A DNA stretch of 64,000 bases from Octopus vulgaris (GCA_951406725.2 OX597835.1:48050001-48114000), one strand, 5' to 3'; counted from the stretch's first letter, positions 13,797-25,985 are shown. Notes: a model not told the origin generated them from the letters alone. Made by a program: numbers and translations.

Positions 13797-14001
13797 AGGC
13801 GGTGATCTGGGAGAATCGTTGGCACGCCGGGCGAAATTCTTAGCTGTATTTCGTCCGTCATTATGTTTTGAGTTCAAATTCCGCCGAAGTCGATTCGGCC
13901 TTTCATCCTTTCGGGATCGATAAAATAAGTACAAGTCGAAAACTTGGGGTCGATGTGATCGACCCAGACCCCCTAAAATTGCTGGCCTTGTGCCAAAATT
14001 T
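13797..14001 (+). mobile_element. SINE family B (MetaSINE-like), near full length
   Basis: ggcggtgatctgggagaatcg head, B-box gagttcaaattcc, then gcctttcatcctttcgggatcgataaaataagtac, which resembles the Meta domain. Confidence 0.9.
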
Positions 14002-14002
14002 T

Positions 14003-14873
14003 GTGAGTTTGCGATCCCCCAATCCACTATCTGCCGTGTGCTAAGAAGACATCTATATTTGAAATCATACAGACTACGCCTCGTTCAGGCACTTAGCGAT
14101 AACGACAAGAGAAAGTGGATGGAATTTTGCGAATCAATGCTGGAGATGATTGAAAATTCCTTTCACATTTAATTTTCAGTGATGAAGCGACTTTTCACTT
14201 GAGTGACACAATCAATCGTCACAATGTGCGTATTTGGGGAACAGAGTACCCAAGTGCAACAGTTGAGGATGAAAGAGATTCCCCTAAGGTGAACATTTTT
14301 TGTGCTGTCTCAGGACATGGTTTATGATCCCTTTTTTTTTTGAAGGAAACACTGTTACAGAACAAACCTATCTCGATATGCTCCAAAACTGTCTCTTCAC
14401 TTCACTGCAAGATGGAGCACTTCAACAAGATGGAGCACCTGATGGTTCGAGCTTTTTTCAATTAAAAATCGCCCAAGCAATAGATTGGTCGGAAAAAAGG
14501 CCCAAGACCTTGCTCTTTTTGCTTGGCTTGCGAGATCCGCAGACCTCACCATGTGTGATTTTTTCTTGTGAGGATATGTAAAAGATCGCGTTTATGTTCC
14601 ATCGCTACCCACTAACCTCGATGAACTTAAACATCGAATAACAAGAGCGATCAACTCAGTGGATCTTGATATGCTGATACGCGTCTGGGAGGAATTCTCT
14701 TATAGCATTGATGTTGCCTTTGCGGTAGGTGGTGGCCACATTCAACACTTGTAAGACAGGAAATAAAAAGTTGATTGTGAGTAAATACTTGTGACTTCGC
14801 GGGAGTTTTCTGTTGCTTTTCCTTATTAAAATATTGCGTAATGAATCGGTTCATACTTTTTGAATAACCGTTT
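14003..14873 (+). pseudogene. Tc1/mariner (rosa/DD41D-like) transposase remnant with right TIR
   Basis: Across frameshifts: LIFSDEATFHLSDTINRHNVRIWG, QQDGAP, RSADLTMCDFFL*GYVKDRVY, GGGHIQHL* (stop 14752-14754); TIR-like tttttgaataacc near 14857-14869. The 5' end is missing and abuts a SINE. Confidence 0.9.
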
Positions 14874-14876
14874 GTG

Positions 14877-14916
<40 letters not shown>

Positions 14917-15276
14917 TATATGAGAAGTATTGGTATCTAGAAGACCCCAGGTGGCAGGTAAGTCTATGTAAGTGCTACGGGAGGGCAGTAGTTAAACTCC
15001 CGGTTCGATAATAATACGAGCGAGGAGTCTAATGCGGGTCTTGTGTGAGCATGTAATAGCAAAATATGAACTCTCATCGGAATCTGCAAACCATAGACAA
15101 GAAGCCTTTCTACCCATTCTCCACACCACTTCCTCGTATAATTGTAACATCCCACATATATTTTTACTTTTATTTTTATTCTCTTATTTCCCATTATACT
15201 TCCTATATCCATCCTATTCTAAAATAACTCCCTATATTGAACTCTACTATTTCCCTCCATTCAACTTTCTCGTATT

Positions 15277-15324
15277 GTCGCTGATGAAGGGATATCCCTA
15301 ATATCCCAGAAACAACTGTATCTC
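15277..15324 (+). ncRNA. Degenerate minimal hammerhead motif
   Basis: CTGATGA (15281)-a-gggatat/cccta/atatccc-a-GAAAC-aact-GTA; 7-bp stem II, near-palindromic stem III, stem I lost. Confidence 0.6.
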
Positions 15325-15349
15325 ATTTTATTTAACACACAAAGAAAAA

Positions 15350-15464
15350 TGTCGCAATTTGGCTCAATAGTACCGACTATAAGTACGCATGCGCAGAAGG
15401 CAGTGCGACAATAACAAAGATATGTAATGGCGACAGTGCGGATAATTTTTGACTTTCCCCCGTA
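15350..15464. mobile_element. Mariner-type element end with TIR
   Basis: ataatttttgactttcccccg-TA; its inverse, TA-cgaggggaagtcaaaaattat, is at 15931-15953. Confidence 0.6.
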
Positions 15465-15556
15465 CATATACATATATATGTATGTACATTTATATATGTA
15501 CATTTATATATGTATATATATATGCATATAAATATATGCATATATATGTGTGTATA

Positions 15557-15591
<35 letters not shown>

Positions 15592-15597
<6 letters not shown>

Positions 15598-15788
15598 TAT
15601 ATAGAAGGAGCTTCTACAGGACTAGAACTGTTTCATTCAAGAGAAATCTTCAGGAAGCTTCCTGAAGATTTCTCTTGAATGAAACAGTTCTAGTCCTGTA
15701 GAACTCCTTCTATATAATAAATTAATTTTACTCTGCTATGTATTGAGTACCTTATTTACTGTGGTTAACCCCGAATCAACCCGGGACC

Positions 15789-15790
<2 letters not shown>
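15592..15790. mobile_element. Fold-back (palindromic) Penelope-like mini-element in (TA)n
   Basis: Spacerless palindrome 15592-15722 (66/65-nt arms, one indel) containing CTGAAGA..GAAAC..GT; unique tail to 15790; TA tracts on both sides. Confidence 0.7.
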
Positions 15791-15881
<91 letters not shown>

Positions 15882-15979
15882 TTATATATGCATATATATA
15901 TGTATGTGAATATATGTATTTATATACATATACGAGGGGAAGTCAAAAATTATTACATACATACATACGTATGTGGGTA

Positions 15980-16337
15980 TAGGCCTTAGTATGTGTTGAA
16001 GAGATCTTCGCAACTCCGGGGTTATGTGTTCTGTTCTACGGCATGGCAATTTATGCAAGAGTCCTTTATTAAATTCCCTCTCAGGGCATACGTCACTGAG
16101 TTAATTTATTAAACGGCAACTGTGCGGAAGCCGGCTGTGCGTGTTTTCGTGCTCGTGAGTGTTTATCTTTCGCCGTTTTACAACCATTTTTTTTATTGTT
16201 TACACTCCCCAACCTCGACAGTGAAATTTCGAATAACTACCGAGTGTACTTAAGACGATTTGATTGTCTGAACTTTGTTGGGACTGTGTTCCAGCATGGT
16301 CACAGTCCAATGCCTGCAACCAGTGTAAGAATAAAAG
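15980..16337 (+). mobile_element. Old, diverged SINE family A copy
   Basis: Recognisable acggcaactgtgcggaagcc and ccagcatggtcacagtccaatg blocks in the expected order. Confidence 0.6.
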
Positions 16338-16639
16338 TATACCTATATGATTTAGAAAAGCGTTGTTCACGGACGTCCCTTGCAAATACTCCATTCATCT
16401 AATGCCACCAAAAGCGAAGGTAAATCGCACGACCACGAGAGCTCCATTCCGCACAATGTTCAAAGAGCCAGCTGGATATTTAGGCCTACAAACTAGCAGA
16501 AATGTATAGGACTCAAAGGTGCGCTGAGGCGTTCATCTCGTCTTGGAACCGTTGCGAATTCGAAAAATTTGGAAATTAGAGGTCAGGTGTATGCGTTGAA
16601 GCAAATTATGTTGTTAATTCGAACGTGGCTGCGGAGCCT

Positions 16640-16830
16640 GAAAGTTAAGAGAGGGCATTAGTCAATATCATTGTTCCCTGTACGTGATTTGTACTTTATT
16701 TTATCGACCCCAAAATGATGAAATGAAAGGTTAACATCGCCGCGGTTAGAACTTACAAGTTGAATAATCGAAACAAACATTGCAAGGCATTTTCCCGACG
16801 TTCCAAAGACTCTTGCAATCTAGCACCGAT
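16640..16830 (-). mobile_element. SINE family B
   Basis: gtactttattttatcgacccc..gatgaa..aggttaac..gaact. Confidence 0.7.
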
Positions 16831-16854
16831 ACTTAGTGCTGTTGTAGTTGTTCT

Positions 16855-17065
16855 TAAGGTAGCTAGCTGACAGAATCGTAAGCGCGTCGAACAAAATGCT
16901 TTACAGCACTTCTTCCGGCTCTTTACTCTTCCAGTGCAAATTCCGCTGGAGTCAACTTTCCGCTTTTCGGCATCGATAAAATAAAGCACGAGTCAAGTGT
17001 AAGAGTCAATAAAATCGAGTTGCCCCTCCCCTCATATCCCTTACCTTGAGCCAAAATCAGAAATA
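16855..17065 (+). mobile_element. SINE family B, head-to-head with the previous copy
   Basis: agctgacagaatcgtaagc..caaattccgctggagtcaacttt..tcgataaaataaagcac. Confidence 0.75.
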
Positions 17066-17487
17066 AAATATTGTTGTTAACCTAGTCATTGTTGTTATTG
17101 TTGTTGTCATTATTTAGCCCAAGGTAAGCCTACGTTAAAAGCAATCAAATAATGACCATCGAGTGATATCGTCAACTTTATTTGATTTCCAGATTACAGC
17201 GGTCAAAGTACAATTTAGAAGTCACCATTATTCTAAGGCAGTAAGGTGGTTCTTGCAGGATGTTTAGCTGTTATTTCTTACAGACTGCGCGACTGCGTCG
17301 AGGCTCTCCGGCTGGCCCGAAGTAACCAATATCATAAGTGTGATGGCGGTGGGATGTAAATCTCTGTTGACTCTAATAATTGATCTGTTTGGATTCAGCA
17401 AATCACCAGAGACGTATTCCTGAGAGCCCTGGCATCTTCATCTTCATCGTGTGTGTGCAAATGTCTGTGTTTATAAAAATATATAAG

Positions 17488-17559
<72 letters not shown>

Positions 17560-17979
17560 CATATATGCATGTATGTATATGGACAGTCATACACATAAAC
17601 GCATACCCGTACACGCACAAACAAATACACATGAATATATACATGTATGATTTATGTGAATTAGATCGTACATATTACAATCTCTTGACTGGGATTAGTG
17701 ATATATATATAACATGGAGAGAGTGTAGATGAACAAGGGGAGAAATAAAGGGGGAGGGAAGAAGGGAGAGAAACAGCATTTCATGTCTTTTAAAGAGTGG
17801 TTTACTGCAAGAACTATTTTGTACTGAAGCAATAAAAAAGCCAATGATCCAATGAGATTTAAATATTGTCAAACAAGAAACCGCCAAGAACACTGAAAGT
17901 CACCAATGTTCTGTGTATTAAAGGAATTCGAATGGCCACATGACAGTTGCTCACTTCACAAGCAGGGCTCATAAAGCCG

Positions 17980-18245
17980 GTTATTCGGTTTCCGGGGCAT
18001 TTAGGTAACCGAGATCACAAAGTAACCCTGAACGAGACGCCGCTGGTCCGTTGGAAGATTTGAAGCCCAACACAGAGGACGAGGCAATTACTTCGACGCA
18101 AACCCGCCGCTTATATGCTGCTTTATCGTACTCCAAGGATGAAAGGCAATGTTAACCTCTGCAGGGTTTGAACTCAGGACATAAACCCCGAGAAGAAATA
18201 CTGCTAAGCATTTTGTTCAATGTTTTTGTGGATTCTGCCAGTTCA
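17980..18245 (-). mobile_element. SINE family B variant
   Basis: tttatcg..aggatgaaaggcaatgttaacc..gggtttgaactcag..gattctgccagttca. Confidence 0.65.
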
Positions 18246-18263
18246 TCATACTTTACATACATA

Positions 18264-18428
18264 GGCGCAGGAGTGGCTTTGTGGTAAGTAGCTTGCTAAC
18301 CAACCACATGGTTCCGGGTTCAGTCCCACTGCGTGGAAACTTGGGCATGTATCTTCTGCTATAGCCCCGGGCCGACCAATGCCTTGTGAGTGGATTTGGT
18401 AGACGGAAACTGAAAGAAGCCTGTCGTA

Positions 18429-18524
<96 letters not shown>

Positions 18525-18722
18525 TGTGTCTGTGTTTGTCTCCCTAGCATTGCTTGACAACCGATGCTGGTGTGTTTACATCCCCGTAACTTAGCGGTTC
18601 AGCAAAAGAGACCGATAGCATAAGTACTGGGCTTACAAAGAATAAGTCCCGGGGTCGATTTGCTCGACTAAAGGCGGTGCTCCAGCATGGCCGCAGTCAA
18701 ATGACTGAAACAAGTAAAAGAG
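18264..18722 (+). mobile_element. SINE family A, full-length well-preserved copy
   Basis: tRNA-like head (A box tggctttgtgg, B box ggttcagtccc), CORE-like cttgggca, internal (TA)n(TG)n, 3' module ending actgaaacaagtaaaagag. Resembles the octopus tRNA-derived SINEs; exact family name not assignable by eye. Confidence 0.92.
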
Positions 18723-19074
18723 AAGGAGAAAGAGATACACACACACGCACACACACACAGTTACACACACATGCACACACACACACACAGACACACCCAT
18801 ATATATATATATGTTCTTTTACATGTTTCAGTCATTTAACCGCGGCCATCCTGGAGAACCGCTCTGCAAGTGTAAGATGCTTACAGCACCTAAGTTCCCC
18901 AAGCGGTCGACGTTGCTTAACTTCATTGATCGGACGAGATCAATGATATGGCCAAATAAAGCAATAAATGATAGTGCGTAAATATTGAGTCAGAAATCAC
19001 TTTGGACAGGTTAATTCGAAGGCTGCACCAGGTGGTACACGAAACCAGACTTCCTGTTGATGATACGCATTCAA

Positions 19075-19408
19075 CAAGTTTCAGTCATTAGAGCACGGCC
19101 ATGTGGGGGGGGGGGGCACCACCGAGTAGAATTTTGTTTTAGTGATTCGACCCGAGTACTTCTTTTTTTTAAGGCTAGTACATATCCTGCCGGTCACGTA
19201 AACACACCAACACCGGTTGTCAAGCAGTGGTGGAGAACAAACATTTAAATATACATACGATGGGCTTTTTTCAGTTTCCGTCTACCAAATCCACTTTTGG
19301 TTTCCCGAGGCTACAGTAGGAGACACTTGCTCAAAGTGCCGTGCAATGGGATTAAAACCCTAACCTTGTGGTTGGAAAGCAAGCACCTTACCACACAGCC
19401 ACATCGGC
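19075..19408 (-). mobile_element. SINE family A
   Basis: Reverse complement of both modules. Confidence 0.85.
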
Positions 19409-19961
19409 ATGTATATATATACGTATGTCAAAAAAAAAGTACAGTGAACTTGTCATAACGTGTGGTAATCCTAACGTTTCACACGGTGTTTTTCTGCAGG
19501 GAAAAGTTGAAAGGAGAGAAATTGAGAGAGAGCAGAGTATTACATCTTCGAATTTAAAAACAAACAAATTCATAAATGGCTGCATCTTAGAAATTGTAAA
19601 ACACAACTGTTCGTCAATTATTTCTCTCATTCGAATGTATTGCCGAAGAAAAAATTTTTTTCCGAAACGTTGCAATTTTCACTCCCCACGGCAACTTCAA
19701 TACACACTCTCTATGGTTTCTATCACATGTCATGATGACACAAACAAAAGCCATTCCCTTTGGCGTCTGTTTGATTGGATGAATATGTGTGTGTGTGTGT
19801 GTGTGTGTTTGCTTCCACAGAAGGAGATATATACTACCAAAATATGACCTGTTTGAACTTCTAATTTTCTCTGCATATATGATTTTTGATTTTTCCAGTT
19901 TCAGCTCATGAGCTGTGGCCATGCTGGGGCACCATAGACATTTCCAAACAAACATGATTTT

Positions 19962-20284
19962 TAATATTTTTTATGAACTTTTTAATAATTTCTCAAGATT
20001 TTTTCTGTAAACTGTTTTTAACATTTTCTTATTATTATCAAGTAATGTATATATATGTATTGTAATATTTAGTGCCTAATATTTTAATGAACTTTTTAAT
20101 AATTTCTCAAGATTTTTAACATTTTCTTATTATTATCAAGTAATGTATATATGTATTGTAATATTTTGTGCCTAATATTTTAATGAACTTTTTAATATTT
20201 TCCCAAGATTTTTTCCCTGTAAACTGTTCTTAACATTTTCTTATTATTATCAAAGAATGTATATATGTATTGTAATATTTTGTG
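19962..20284. repeat. Tandem repeat, 3 AT-rich units of about 96-115 bp
   Basis: taatatttt..atgaactttttaata..ttaacattttcttattattatcaa..gtattgtaatattt repeated three times; unit 2 has an internal deletion. Confidence 0.9.
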
Positions 20285-20445
20285 ACAACCAGTACTTAAC
20301 GCAACAAAGCTTTTACATTTTACTTTTGACAATCTTTTTCTAAAATAGTGAAACCGGTCAAGTGAATAAACATCTTTAAAATTGCATTTTCAAACCTTCT
20401 TTCATATATATATTTCCACTCGTGCAGTATCTTACAACTTTACTT

Positions 20446-20517
<72 letters not shown>

Positions 20518-20811
20518 ATACTGTTTTTCGGTTAATTTTAATATTTTTTGCTATGTCTGTATTACATTTGGCTATTTTGTGGAGGGTTATGATTGTAATT
20601 CGGTCCGTAGTCATTATCTAATTTATAAATATGAATTTATTTAGTCTGAAAAAAAAGATAAGACACACTAAGATTTTATGATGATTTATAATGTTCATAT
20701 CTTATCATATTTATTGATAGTTATTAAAGCACGAAACGTCGGTTGCCTTAATTTCGGTACACCCTTTATATGTATGTGTATGCATATACATACGTACATA
20801 CATACATACGT

Positions 20812-20859
<48 letters not shown>

Positions 20860-20866
20860 GTTCGTC

Positions 20867-21198
20867 TTTAGTCGAACAAATTGACTCCAGGACTTATTCT
20901 TCGTGAGCCTAGTACTTATTCTATCGGTCTTTTTTGCCGAACGTCTATGTTACGGGTACATAAACACACCAACATCGGTTGTCAAGAGACACTGTGGGGA
21001 CAAATACATGCACAAAGATATATACACATATATATGACGGGCTTCTTTCAGTTTCCGTCTATCAAATCCTCTCACAAGGCTGTGGTCGGCCCGAAACTAT
21101 AGTAGAATACACTTGCTCAACGTGCCGCGTAGTGGGACTGAACCCGGAACCATGAAGTTGGGAAGCAAGTTTATTACCACGCAGTCACTTCTATGCCT
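20867..21198 (-). mobile_element. SINE family A
   Basis: Reverse complement of both modules. Confidence 0.88.
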
Positions 21199-21917
21199 AT
21201 ATATATATATATATCTGAAAATTTATATACACACACATTCAAACATACATCCATAATCCATGCATAGATATATACATATATACACACACTCATACACACA
21301 CATATATCGCATGATCTTTGTTGTTATTATTATTGAAGATCTTCCACCGTATTCAATATTGCTTTGTGTTTAAATCCGGCTTTTATCCGTTGCAGTCTGA
21401 GAACCTAAGCCCCATTTGCCCAGTGGTATCGATCTATTCACTTCCTCTTCTAAAGATTACTGGCCTTGTGCCCTTAGTTGAATTCATTATTATTATTTGA
21501 TAGAAAGAGCGATTGATTTGAAAGTTTCACTTAGGTTCTGAATGAAGTCTGTTAGATTCATTTTTAAATAAATTGACATCGAAATTTAATAAATTATTTC
21601 ATTTCAATAAAACTAAACTTTGATACATTTTTTAAATGGGTAAAGGTTATTAATAAAGAATTTTCAGTGGCATTACACACACACACACACACACACGCAC
21701 ACAATCACTGAACATCGAGCAAACACACACACACACGCACACACATGCATAGATATATACATACACTGAGACACACACACGTACACATAGAGCACATTTC
21801 TTAGTTACATTCAACCAGGACAGACTCAGGGCTAAAACACAACCACAAACACACACAACAGCTACCCCACACACATGTGTGTGAGTAAATGCATATACAC
21901 ATACATACGCACGCACG

Positions 21918-21949
<32 letters not shown>

Positions 21950-22002
21950 CAAACACACACGCACACGCATGCGCACGCATGCACACACACACACATGTTC
22001 AT

Positions 22003-23245
22003 ATATTAGGTTGGAAAGAAACCCTTTCGCATCTTTTGGGATTCCCATTTTCACGGTCCTTTTTCAATACTTACGATAAACAAAGCTTTAATTTTAACAT
22101 TCTCATCCTATTTTCATTCATTCCATAATGGTTAAATTTATATCGATTTTCTCCCAATTTAAAACAAGCTTTGATTAGATCCATATCAAAGACTGCATGT
22201 TGCATGGATTCAAAAAGGTCTCTCCAGAAATCAATGTGGAAAGAAATACTTTTATCTGTCTATTGAAATGAAGAACAACGTTTGGCGCCAGTTTGTCTGG
22301 GAAATTTTTTTCTTTCGCAGATTTTCCTGGAGGTGAACGACCAAGTTTTGGTAAAGTTGGGGTTCTGAAAACGAGAATTTTCAAAACATCTTCATGAACA
22401 AGAAAAACAATCTAAGCTTTTCTAGTGAATTCCACATCATCTGATTACTTCTCAGCTTAATCAGAGAACCGAACTTTCACTGGGTAAAATCTTCACAAAT
22501 GATGAAAGTTGGGTTCCTTTTAATTATATGGAACGAAAACGAAGTTGCAGGGCACTCACGGAACAAGGAGAATATATCCTCAAACCAGGACAACACCCGA
22601 ACAAATTTATGCCCTCTGTTAGTAAGATAAGAGGAATGTCGTCTACTATGAAGTGTTACTGGCCCTCCGCCGTTTGCGACGACGGACGTCCCACTTGATC
22701 CGATCGACGGAACAGACTGCTCGTGAAATTAACTTTAAAGTGGTTGAGTACTCCGCAGACGTAGTTTTCAGGGAAATTCAACGTGACACAGAAAGTGACA
22801 AGGCTGGCCCTTTGAGTTATAGGTACAACTCATGTTTACCAGTTGAGTGGACTGGAGCAACGTGAAAGAAATACAGTGTTTAGCCTAATGACACAATCCG
22901 ATGCTGGTTTTCGAACTTATGAGCTTACGATCTCGAGCCGAATACGCTAACTGCTAAGTCATGTGCCTCCATGAAGTGTTAAACCCCTATGAAACAGCAA
23001 ACACGAAGCAGTTTTGTCGTCAGTTAGAAGAACCTGACAAATATGTCACGCATGTGGTCATTCAGTTGTAAAAGGATTCTGGCGTTGTTCGATTGGGCAA
23101 GGCAACATGTTGCCCCCAAGTTACTTGGGAAGCGATTAGGGCGCGAACTATGAAAGCCTCGCCTCGTCTTCCTTACTCTCCGGATCTTGCTTCAACTGAC
23201 TTGTTTCCAGATCATTACAACATTATTCAGAAGGAAGACACTTCA
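22003..23245 (+). pseudogene. Decayed mariner element interrupted by a SINE
   Basis: TIR-like tattaggttgg at 22003; HPNKFM..VVYYEVL|NPYETANTKQFCRQL joins across the SINE; PYSPDLASTD near 23172. Confidence 0.8.
22659..22970 (-). mobile_element. SINE family D (tRNA head, Nin/Deu-like middle) with 11-bp TSD
   Basis: Flanked by atgaagtgtta at 22648-22658 and 22971-22981; minus strand has A/B boxes and ttgctccagtccactcaactgg. Confidence 0.85.
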
Positions 23246-23774
23246 TTGCATGAGCGGCGGGTGTGTGCGCGTGCGTGCTTGTGTGTGTGTATCTGCGCGC
23301 GCACCTGTGTTCATGTATGTGTATGTGTGTTTGCTTGCACGTGTGGATGTATGTGTGCGCTTGAGTATCCTGGTATGTCAATGAATATAATGTATATATA
23401 TATGCTGGAAGCTGGTGCTTTTGTCGCCCAAAGAATCTCAAAGAGCGCCGAGGTGTCCCGGAGTGAATCATCAGCTTCAGTGGAATAAAATAGATTTTCT
23501 GTCAGTCTAACATCTGTTGAGCGCTCTCACGTTTGGGCTGCGCAGTGAAACTTTTAATACGCGCGCGTGTGTGTGCGTGCGTAAGCGAGCGTGTGCCAGT
23601 GTGAAGATATAAGATAGATATCACTGTGCTACATGAGCTGAGACATATTTGCGGTGTTTAGAACGCAAAGTTTAAAATTTCAAAGTTCTCCAGACTCAAA
23701 AGACATTCGGACATTCGCGGAAAAGAGCACACCTAACAAAAGAGATCAAGCACTGAATAGGAGCAGACTAACCC

Positions 23775-23826
<52 letters not shown>

Positions 23827-23852
23827 TTTTTGTCTCTCTCTCCCTCTCTCTT

Positions 23853-23910
<58 letters not shown>

Positions 23911-23914
<4 letters not shown>

Positions 23915-23931
23915 TTACAGGGACGTAAACA

Positions 23932-23972
<41 letters not shown>

Positions 23973-24110
23973 AGGTGGATTTCTTTCAATTTCCGTCTAC
24001 CAGATCCACTCACAAGGCTCTAATCGGTCCGAAGTTATAGTAGGAGACACTTGCCCAAGGTGCCACTCAGCAGGACTGAACCTGGAATCATGTGGTTAGG
24101 AAGCAAGCTT
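23911..24110 (-). mobile_element. SINE family A, truncated
   Basis: ttccgtctaccagatccactcacaaggc..gacacttgcccaaggtgcc. Confidence 0.85.
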
Positions 24111-24289
24111 GTAAGTCCAAGAACAACGGACAGCGGCTTAGATCCTAACGAAGAGTTGGTTGATACCTTACCCAATCGACCCCTTAATTGATCAATACCA
24201 TTTCCCTTTGTTAATCTACACACTACCTTTCGGTGATGTAAGGAATCCATCGAAGGGTGACGAACCTGAAGCATGCTACTTATTTTCAG

Positions 24290-24475
24290 GGACAAGATAT
24301 ACGGCGCTCCAATATAACAATCGGCTCCAGTACTTCACCAATAGTTTGTGTTATCAACGCTTACCTGCTGAGGGAGGAAATGCGAAGTCAGCCGTCAAGA
24401 AATTTGAACTCAAAACATTTCGAAGTGAGAACAGTAAAGACCTACCGCTCTACCGATTCCGCCGAACCACCACGC
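24290..24475 (-). mobile_element. SINE family B, diverged
   Basis: aaatttgaactcaaaac..gctctaccgattccgccgaaccacc. Confidence 0.55.
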
Positions 24476-24550
24476 TTCTCTTTCGGGACATACTTCAGTG
24501 GCTTTTGAAATGCTGCTATCATTAAATACACTACCATTATATATATCTAA

Positions 24551-24702
24551 GGCGCAGAAGTGGTTGTGTGTTAAATACTTGCTTCCCAAACACATAGTTC
24601 TGAGTTCAATCCCACTGCATGGCACCTCGGGTATCTTTTACTATAGTCTTGTGAGTGGATTTGATAAGACAGAAACTGAAAAAAGTCCATCGTATATATC
24701 TA

Positions 24703-24761
<59 letters not shown>

Positions 24762-24977
24762 TTGTGTCTGTGTTTGTCTCCCACCATCATTTGACAACCG
24801 ATGTTGGTGTGTTTACATTCCTGTAACCTAGTGATTCGACAAAGGAGACCGATAGAATAAGTACTAGGCTTACAAAGGATAAGTCTTGGGGGCGATTTGT
24901 TCGACTACAGGCGGTGCTCCATCATGGCCGCAGTCAAATGACTGAAACAAGTAAAAGAATGAAAGAATAAAAAGAAT
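24551..24977 (+). mobile_element. SINE family A, full length
   Basis: Head, internal (TG)n and 3' module with aaagaat tail repeats. Confidence 0.9.
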
Positions 24978-24999
24978 AGTAGAGAATACGGGTCAACAG

Positions 25000-25160
25000 A
25001 GGATATGGTTGCGTAGTTAATAAGTTCTCTTCGCAACCAAGTGTTTTCTGGTTCGATCCCACAGCGCGGTACTTTGGGCAAATGTCTTGTACCGTAGTTT
25101 CAAGTTGAGATACACATTATGGGTTTTGGTAGATTGAAAACTGTGCTGAAGACTACCGAA
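25000..25160 (+). mobile_element. SINE family A, diverged 5' half
   Basis: ggttcgatcccacagcgcggtactttgggcaaatgtctt. Confidence 0.7.
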
Positions 25161-25340
25161 TATGTAGGGTGTTGCAAATGTCCCTTTGCAATGATCGTTT
25201 CCTAAATATCATTCAACGGTCTTTTGCCCTTTGGTCTCGTTCTCTATTTCTTCATGCTTAATGTTGAAATCTCAGATTTTCGTGAAATATCTGTAATAGA
25301 GAAAAACATAAGAGATTTTATTCTAAAAAGAAATGTATTT

Positions 25341-25613
25341 TATTGCGTCTGGGAAGAGTCATTTTCTTTTTGTGCCTTATTATTTAACACACTCACCGGT
25401 AAAATTTCCACTTTTTTCTTATTTTTATTTTCCTAAAATTTTCGTTGCGTCTCGCAACCTTTTCAATAGTTTTGACTCTCAAAACTACTGAAAAGGTTGC
25501 AAGACGCAACGAAAATTTTAGGACAATAAAAATAAGAAAAAAGTTGAAACTTTACCGGTGAGTGTGTTAAATAACGAGGCACAACAAGAAAATGACTCTT
25601 CCCAGACGCAATA
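25341..25613. repeat. 273-bp fold-back inverted repeat
   Basis: 135-nt arms, 3-nt loop (ctc, 25476-25478), about 8 mismatches counted by eye. Confidence 0.92.
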
Positions 25614-25921
25614 GCACACGAACACATATAAAGAATCTTGCAAACCAAATCCAAAAACGAAATAAATGTATTTTAATTTTCTTAAAAACCATTAAACACG
25701 CACACATGCGCACTGACACGCACCCACACGCACACACACATGCACAAACACTACATACACACACATGTATGTATATGTGTATATACATATACGTTCATAT
25801 ATAGACACAGGTGTATGTAAATATATATATATGTATATATATGTGTGTGTGTGTGTGTATGTATGTATGGATATATATATATATATATTTATTTATTTGT
25901 AGTTCCAATGTTTCATATTCG

Positions 25922-25985
25922 AGGTTCCGGTGAAGCACTGAATCGAGTCCGCACTTGTATCGGGCAGCAGAAACAGTTATAACCT
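25922..25985 (+). ncRNA. Degenerate hammerhead-like motif
   Basis: aggt-t-CCGGTGA-agc...gca-GAAAC-agtt-ATA-acct; related head catattcgaagctCCGATGAag at 54684-54705. Confidence 0.35.

Noticed and set aside
19368-19955. Overlapping 95-159 aa ORFs
   Set aside because: They start in or cross SINE and microsatellite sequence, with no recognisable motif.
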